Shown: piece by piece, positions 7,764 through 10,180 of the stretch
How the letters are laid out: each line of letters starts with the position of its first letter
How positions within the stretch are numbered: position 1 is the stretch's first letter
Source of the DNA: Myxococcales bacterium
GTDB lineage: Bacteria; Myxococcota_A; UBA9042; JABWCM01; BTVJ01
DNA length: 10,180 nucleotides
Assembly: GCA_045863395.1 (NCBI GenBank)
Contig: BTVJ01000148.1
Coordinates: 1 to 10,180 of the forward strand
Direction of reading: 5' to 3'
Made by a program: the position numbers and the translations under genes
Notes under the pieces: model-generated
Told to the model about the DNA's origin: nothing
What the model saw: the letters and a program-made list of their open reading frames with translations, nothing else
Databases searched by the model: none

Positions 7764-8969
7764 TCAGCAGAGCAGTGGCACGGCGGCGACGAGGTACGAG
7801 CGAACGGCCGTGGCGAGGCGGTAGGCCAGGTAGGGCGGCACGGGGTCGACGATGGGGGCCTGCTTGGCCAGCCACCGGGCGGAGCGAGGATGCTCGGCCG
7901 CGTGGAGGGCCATCAGCCCCGTGGGGAGGACCGACAGCTCAACCATGCGCTGGAGCGAGGTCCATGTGAGCAGGCGGACGTTCTCCAAGTCCAGCAGCTG
8001 CTTGGCAGCGCGGATCTCGTCCTCGACAGCCCACCGGCGGAGGTAGGCCTCGACGAGCCGGCGGGCGTCGGCCTCGCGCCGGACGCGAACGTTCGACAGC
8101 AGGAGCATGGGAGCCTTGCTGCGAGGCAGCCTCACCGCGACGAGAGTCAGGTAGTCGCCGCGCGACGTCCGTTGCACGGTGCAGGCCCCGACGGCGAGCT
8201 CGATGCGGACCAGCTGGTTGTTCCGACTCACCAGGGGGCGAGCTGTGTGGGGCGTGGCGAGCGCCGCGCCGAGCGCCTCTGTCGGGAACTTCTCCGCCAG
8301 CATCGGCAACCAGATGTGTCGGTCGCCCCGCTGGCGAATGAGCCACCGCATCCCGCGGGCGTCCAGCCAGTCCATCAGCCGGTTGCTGTCGAAGCCGCGA
8401 TCGAAGACCCACAGGGCGCGGCGGTCGATGAAGGGCAGCACGTCCTGGATCGTGTCGAAGGTCTCCCGGTTCTGGCTCTGGTGGCCTGGCTCGGCGGACG
8501 ACCACAGGCGCCTCCGCAGGGGGATGACCTGGTGGTCCGCTCGCGTCGCGACGATCTCCGTCGTCCACCAGCCGTTCTCGATGCGGCACTCCCCACGCCG
8601 CGACTCGCTCGCGTCGCGAACCCTGCAGAGGAAGGGCATGACGCGCCCGTACGGCTTCACGATCTCGCTCGAGTCGACGCAGATGACGTCGAAGCCCCGC
8701 CGGGTCCACGAGCCAGCCCAGTCGAGGTAGGGAGTCAGCACAACGTCGATGTGGACGGTCGTGCTCTTGAGGTTCCGGGACAGGCGCATGAGCAGCGCCC
8801 AGAAGCTCCGCTGCGTGTCGCCCGCGAGCTGCCGGGCGATCTCCGACAACACGACGCTCCCGCCCGCATACAGCCCCGTGACCACGGCGGACACCAGCCA
8901 CGCCGTCCGCACTGGAGCGCCTCGGGTCACTTTCTGGACACACTCCCGCAACCACCGTAGCTTTGGCAC
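7764..8969 (-). CDS. IS4-superfamily DDE transposase (DDE_Tnp_1-like), ~401 aa
   Basis: First D in VICVDSSEIVKPY, second D in WVFDRGFD, and E in the IS4-type YREK signature YLRRWAVEDEIRAAKQ. The GTG at 8969 is chosen as start because GGAGGG lies 7 nt upstream; in-frame ATGs at 8984 and 9062 are alternatives. Confidence 0.92.
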   Translation of the reverse strand: MPKLRWLRECVQKVTRGAPVRTAWLVSAVVTGLYAGGSVVLSEIARQLAGDTQRSFWALLMRLSRNLKSTTVHIDVVLTPYLDWAGSWTRRGFDVICVDSSEIVKPYGRVMPFLCRVRDASESRRGECRIENGWWTTEIVATRADHQVIPLRRRLWSSAEPGHQSQNRETFDTIQDVLPFIDRRALWVFDRGFDSNRLMDWLDARGMRWLIRQRGDRHIWLPMLAEKFPTEALGAALATPHTARPLVSRNNQLVRIELAVGACTVQRTSRGDYLTLVAVRLPRSKAPMLLLSNVRVRREADARRLVEAYLRRWAVEDEIRAAKQLLDLENVRLLTWTSLQRMVELSVLPTGLMALHAAEHPRSARWLAKQAPIVDPVPPYLAYRLATAVRSYLVAAVPLLC

Positions 8970-8976
8970 TGGCGAG

Positions 8977-8982
8977 CCCTCC
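8977..8982 (-). promoter_or_regulatory. Shine-Dalgarno sequence of the transposase
   Basis: GGAGGG with a 7-nt spacer to the in-frame GTG at 8969. Confidence 0.6.
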
Positions 8983-9121
8983 ATTCTTCGCGTTGGGAAG
9001 GCCGCGCGCGCGGACCTTGATAAGCACCCATGCGCGTAGCACGAAGGAGCCAAGCTCGCCATTTTCTTGCACCTTGTCGCGCCCCCCCGCTCACCTCCCG
9101 CCGAACCGCCCGGCCCAAGCG

Positions 9122-9136
9122 CCGTAGAAGGTCCTG
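9122..9136. repeat. IS terminal inverted repeat (upstream of transposase, IRL)
   Basis: 13/15 inverted match to 7582-7596. Confidence 0.88.
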
Positions 9137-9144
9137 TCCGTCCC
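9137..9144. repeat. Target-site duplication, right copy (TCCGTCCC)
   Basis: Identical to 7574-7581. Confidence 0.88.
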
Positions 9145-9371
9145 CTCTTGCGAACGGGGCCGATCTTCTGCGATAGGAGGGCGGGTGGACTCGTTGTATT
9201 TGCGACGAGCGGAGTGCCCTGGCTTCATGTGTGGGAGGAACTACGATGACGGTCCTGGCTTCCGCTACCTCCGACTCTGAAGCCCCCAGATTCTCGCCGC
9301 CGAGTGGCCTCTACAGGGCCTCGCACGTCTTGCTCGGCGGAGCGCACCGCACGAAGCTGGCCCCCGAGCCG

Positions 9372-9770
9372 TCGCAGGTCGTGGAACGGGAAGAGCAGCG
9401 ACAGCAGCGGGAACGCGCGCCGGTCACCGTAGGCAACGTCGGCGAGGTCCTCCAGCTCCTCCTCCTCGAACCGAAGGCCCTTGCCGCGCGAGCGCATGGT
9501 GGCCTCCACGGCCTCCACCGGGAAGCGTGCGGCGCCCTGCTCGCGAAGCGTCGCCCGGATCGCGGTGAGCAGCGTGTCGAGCCCGCTGCCCCACACGCCG
9601 GCCTTCAGCAGCGACCGCACGAGCCAGCCGCGGATCGCCTCGCGGTCTTCGCGGAACGAGCTGCTGCTCAGGTAGTGGGCGTCGAGGCCCCGCTGGTAAA
9701 GCGAGTACGCGATCAGCAGGAGCGCGTTGTCGGCCCCGAGCGTCTGGCCGGAGAACCCGAAGTCCGCCGC
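9372..9770 (-). pseudogene. Internal fragment (~130 aa) of a GmrSD-like DUF262/DUF1524 type IV restriction nuclease gene
   Basis: Within ORF 9225..10103, only ADFGFSGQTLGADNALLLIAYSLY...DREAIRGWLVRSLLKAGVWGSGLDTLL...FPVEAVE...GKGLRFEEEELEDLADVAYGDRRAFPLLSLLFPFHDLR has genuine codon bias. It resembles the helical region of DUF262 proteins that directly precedes the DHxxP HNH motif. Both that motif and the N-terminal DGQQR domain are absent. Confidence 0.72.
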
Positions 9771-9875
9771 TTCAAGCGGGCCCCGAGGAGGAGAGTCTCC
9801 GACCTGCTGAGCCGCCTGGAGCGACGGCGCCTGCTGGTGGCGGACGACGAAGGCCGCTACCGCGTGATCGCATAG
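9765..9875 (+). pseudogene. 3'-terminal fragment (~36 aa) resembling the extreme C-terminus of MmeI-like type IIL restriction-modification enzymes
   Basis: RRFKRAPRRRVSDLLSRLERRRLLVADDEGRYRVIA* resembles the recalled MmeI-like tail pattern (rFKrA...VxxLLxxL...dGr(Y/F)). It ends at TAG 9873-9875, and upstream the frame is only the antisense of the GmrSD fragment. The piece is short, so the assignment is tentative. Confidence 0.5.
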
Positions 9876-10180
9876 GTTCCGCTGAGAGGCCCAACGACAC
9901 ACTGCGGTCGACTGATCGCACCGGCGACGACCCGGCCGAGGACGCAACTCCATGGAGCACTGCCACGAGCAGGTGCCTGGACGCTGAGCTCCACCCGCAC
10001 CTGGCCGGGGATGACGACCCGGTCGGGGCGTGTGTCTCCCGTCGCCACCGACACGAGGGTCAGCGGCTCGTGGACGTACATGAGCCCCAGCTCCGCGCTC
10101 CACCCCAGGTGACCCCTTGTCCAGGTCCTGGGCGGCGACGCTGGGCCGGTCCTTCGCGATGGCCAGGTGGGTGCGCTCCA
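9857..10180 (-). pseudogene. 3' part of an unknown gene entering from the right edge, apparently frameshifted at a G4 run (10113-10116)
   Basis: G/C-ending codon bias favours ERTHLAIAKDRPSVAAQDLDK up to about 10116 and then switches frame to GHLGWSAELGLMYVHEPLTLVSVATGDTRPDRVVIPGQVRVELSVQ. Removing one G joins the two. No family was recognised, and the coding signal fades below about 9975. Confidence 0.35.

Larger units (their letters stand above)
7582..9136 (-). mobile_element. Complete IS4-superfamily insertion sequence, 1555 bp
   Basis: Terminal IRs CAGTACCTTCTACAG (7582-7596) and CCGTAGAAGGTCCTG (9122-9136; reverse complement CAGGACCTTCTACGG) match at 13/15. The direct repeat TCCGTCCC flanks both ends, and there is a single DDE transposase inside. 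Confidence 0.92.

Noticed and set aside
6979..7824. ORFs 6979..7824, 7045..7542, 7077..7763 and 7233..7664 as complete genes
   Set aside because: They have low-information composition and no motifs, and several run across the IS boundary or overlap neighbouring genes.
9050..9070. AT-rich CCAAGCTCGCCATTTTCTTG as an IS end
   Set aside because: No inverted partner was found, whereas the 7582/9136 ends have both IRs and a TSD. It may be part of the transposase promoter, but no convincing -35/-10 pair was seen.
7890..9072. 356-aa antisense ORF and 377-aa alternative-frame ORF within the IS as passenger or second transposase genes
   Set aside because: They are shadow frames of the transposase; all DDE motifs lie in the single frame ending at 7764.
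9225..10103. 292-aa (-) and 214-aa (+, 9231..9875) ORFs as intact genes
   Set aside because: Each is protein-like over only one sub-segment (9372-9770 and 9765-9875 respectively). The rest is off-frame or antisense read-through across fragment junctions.

Overview
High-GC bacterial window that looks like a decaying defence island. (i) A perfect 43-bp tandem duplication with an IS-end-like terminus (11-99) abuts and truncates an Lhr-family/BrxHI-like SF2 helicase (101-1534, +) just before helicase motif IV. (ii) A convergent, intact 1761-aa protein (1739-7024, -) combines a split Upf1/DNA2-like SF1 helicase, a Vsr/DUF559-like PD-(D/E)XK nuclease, a disordered linker and two tandem ~57-aa winged-helix-like repeats; it is the best candidate for an uncharacterised single-gene defence system. 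(iii) A complete 1555-bp IS4-superfamily element (7582-9136) has 15-bp imperfect IRs, an 8-bp target duplication and an intact DDE transposase. (iv) A mosaic of gene fragments (about 9310-10180) includes an internal piece of a GmrSD-like (DUF262/DUF1524) nuclease joined in opposite orientation to a probable MmeI-like type IIL RM C-terminus, plus an apparently frameshifted unknown gene. All family assignments come from motif recognition by eye; no database searches were run.
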